Positions 34,757 to 36,322 of a DNA stretch of 36,322 nucleotides are shown here, in pieces; positions within the stretch are counted from its first letter, which is position 1; each line of letters begins with the position of its first letter. Below the pieces are notes generated by a model. It was not told the origin of the DNA. It worked only from the letters and a program-made list of their open reading frames with translations, and searched no databases. A program made the translations under genes and the position numbers. Origin of the DNA: Candidatus Xenobia bacterium (GTDB lineage: Bacteria > Vulcanimicrobiota > Xenobia > Xenobiales > QWHO01); NCBI GenBank assembly GCA_045863235.1, contig BTUM01000080.1, positions 1 through 36,322 on the forward strand, read 5' to 3'.

Positions 34757-34838
34757 TGTGCTCGCACATTTGGCAGCATCTAACGAACGCGCAAAGTGCA
34801 GGACGAAAGGCCTTGCGCGGCGCCGTTCAACAGATTGT
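34753..34838. other. Structured palindromic non-coding element, copy B
   Basis: ATGTGC/GCACAT hairpin plus ATCT..GAACG...CGTTC..AGAT stem; 24/29 identity of 34764-34792 to 12230-12258. Confidence 0.5.
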
Positions 34839-34849
34839 CTACAGGCAGG

Positions 34850-35221
34850 TCAACGCGCGGGACCGTAAGGGCGCAGCAGCCGGGTGGCGATGAGCCCCGC
34901 GAAGCCGTCCTCGCCCTGGAAGAACCAGCCCAGGTGGACCTGGCACTCCTGGCACAGGGCATAGGACCAGGCGTAGCCCGGGAACCAGGTATCCAGCGTG
35001 GTGGGGGTGCCGGTGCGGAGCGCGCCCGAGGCCTGACGGTAGCACAGCACGTGGAACGAGTATCCGGCCGGGTTGCGGAAGGTGTGCTCGTGGGCTCGGT
35101 TCACCTCGATAGCCTGGCGCTGGCTGGTGATGGCATGCGAGCAGGCTCGACACCGCACGATGGGGTCGGGTTGGGGGGCGGGCTCGGGTTTGAGGTCGGC
35201 TGTGGTAGCGGGCTCGATCAC
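34850..35221 (-). CDS. Bacterial cereblon (CULT / thalidomide-binding domain) protein
   Basis: CRAC and CQEC zinc ligands, FRNPAG, TWFPGYAW, HLGWFF aromatic-cage motifs; probable GTG 35221. Confidence 0.9.
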   Translation of the reverse strand: MIEPATTADLKPEPAPQPDPIVRCRACSHAITSQRQAIEVNRAHEHTFRNPAGYSFHVLCYRQASGALRTGTPTTLDTWFPGYAWSYALCQECQVHLGWFFQGEDGFAGLIATRLLRPYGPAR

Positions 35222-35301
35222 GCCGGGAGGTCTTTGTCCGCGGCCGCCCTGTCTCCTTGCGCTCCCAGGTTGTTGCCCGCTTCCCACCGAACAGACCAGC
35301 C

Positions 35302-35679
35302 ATGCGGGCGATACTTCTCGGGTTGACCCTGGCGATGCTGGCCCTGGCCTCGCCACCTGCCGGTCAGCCGCCTCGCGACGCGCGCGAAGCTTTTCAGGGG
35401 GCCACTCAGGTCTTTCTGGGCCGGGTCACGGCGGTGGGCAAGGACAAGCTCGGGTTTGCTTCCCAGGCCACGGTAGCCATCCAGCGCACCTTGAAGGGGG
35501 ACCGCCAGGGCACGGTTCTGGTCTCGGGGGCGGGTGGACCCACCCATCCCGCTCGTCTCTTTCAGGTGGGCGAGGAGCTGCTGTTTTACCTCGGTGACGA
35601 CCTGCGAGCCGACAGCTATCTGCGTCGCGTGGTGAAGGGCGAGGAGATCAAGAAGGATCTCAAAACGCTCGGTTTGTAA
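35302..35679 (+). CDS. Secreted hypothetical protein
   Basis: Signal peptide MRAILLGLTLAMLALA; ATQVFLGRV...LKG...FQVGEELLFYL pattern. Confidence 0.7.
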   Translation: MRAILLGLTLAMLALASPPAGQPPRDAREAFQGATQVFLGRVTAVGKDKLGFASQATVAIQRTLKGDRQGTVLVSGAGGPTHPARLFQVGEELLFYLGDDLRADSYLRRVVKGEEIKKDLKTLGL

Positions 35680-35760
35680 CCATTTTGCGCTCAGGAGGGC
35701 GCCCTGGTCGGCCTTGTCGAACTTTATCAGTTCAGCCTTGCGAAGAGGAGACTGACCAGC

Positions 35761-36322
35761 ATGAGTTCGGTCAACAACGCCAACCCATTCCTCGGCGGAA
35801 ACCTCTATCAGCCCCCGATCGGTGGGGCTTATGGCGGCGCAGGAGCAGGTCCCCTGGGTGGGGCGGCCGGGGCCAGCGCCCTGGGTGCGATTTCGCCAGC
35901 CGCGCTTCTTCCCCTGATCCAGCAGTTGCTGGGGGCCTTACAGCAGCTCTCGCAAGGCTGGGGCGGCTATCAAGGCCAGCCACCCGTGGGCCAGCAGCCT
36001 CCCGGTCAGCCGGGCGGCGGTGGCCACGACTGCGGCGGCAAGAAAGGCGGCGGGGGTGGAGCGCCTGCACCAGCGCCCTATGGCGGCGGGTTCGGGATGC
36101 CGGCCTACGGTGGCGGCCAGCTGGGTGGGTTCGGAATGCCCTCCTTCGGGGGCTTTGGCGGCCAGCTGGGCGGGTTCGGAATACCCTCCTTCGGGGGCTT
36201 TGGCGGCCAGTTGGGCGGGTTTGGAATGCCCTCCTTCGGGGGCTTTGGCGGCCAGTTGGGCGGGTTTGGAATGCCCTCCTTCGGGGGCTTTGGCGGCCAG
36301 CTGGGCGGGTTCGGAATGCCCT
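35761..36322 (+). CDS. 3'-truncated glycine-rich repeat protein (absent from the ORF track)
   Basis: GAGGAG RBS, ATG 35761, open to the window edge: MSSVNNANPFLGG...LLPLIQQLLGALQQLSQG...(GGQLGGFGMPSFGGF)n. Confidence 0.8.
   Translation, partial: MSSVNNANPFLGGNLYQPPIGGAYGGAGAGPLGGAAGASALGAISPAALLPLIQQLLGALQQLSQGWGGYQGQPPVGQQPPGQPGGGGHDCGGKKGGGGGAPAPAPYGGGFGMPAYGGGQLGGFGMPSFGGFGGQLGGFGIPSFGGFGGQLGGFGMPSFGGFGGQLGGFGMPSFGGFGGQLGGFGMP
36112..36322 (+). repeat. 45-nt coding tandem repeat, at least 4.7 copies
   Basis: Units start at 36112, 36157, 36202, 36247 and 36292; most differences are synonymous. Confidence 0.95.

Noticed and set aside
34777..34838. Integron attC site (ATCTAAC resembles R'')
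   Set aside because: The distal arm reads AACAGAT rather than GTTRRRY, and there is no integrase or cassette array
35690..35730. Sigma-28 promoter for the Gly-rich ORF
   Set aside because: TCAG to GTCGAA spacing is 21 nt, too long, and the match is weak
36112..36322. 45-nt repeats as a CRISPR array
   Set aside because: Head-to-tail with no unique spacers, length a multiple of 3, mostly synonymous variation, no cas genes

Overview
High-GC bacterial chromosomal segment with about 35 tightly packed genes, starting and ending inside low-complexity repeat ORFs. The outer-membrane barrel gene suggests a diderm. The gene style is reminiscent of Vulcanimicrobiota/Ca. Eremiobacterota, but that is only a guess. 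Recognisable genes are serC, an RNase Z-like hydrolase, rph, a partial myo-inositol operon (iolE-iolG-iolB-GNAT-iolC), a PP2C phosphatase, a NupC transporter, three pilin-like genes, DUF423 and a bacterial cereblon. I found no tRNA, rRNA, CRISPR array or transposase. The most unusual items are: (1) a membrane-less FlhA cytoplasmic-domain protein co-transcribed with a lipoprotein and divergent from an HTH-coiled-coil protein, the FlhA-like and coiled-coil proteins both ending in MinD-like tails; (2) a structured non-coding element with related copies at ~12.2 kb and ~34.8 kb; (3) an orphan Pycsar-effector-like gene behind a perfect CRP/Rex-type palindrome; (4) a nicotinamidase-fold/kinase fusion with a permuted catalytic triad; (5) a VWA fusion to an apparently inactive ADP-ribosylhydrolase; (6) a tandem double-Amj flippase; (7) an unlisted Gly/Phe-Gly-repeat ORF at the right edge. 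All family calls come from reading motifs by eye; no database search was run.
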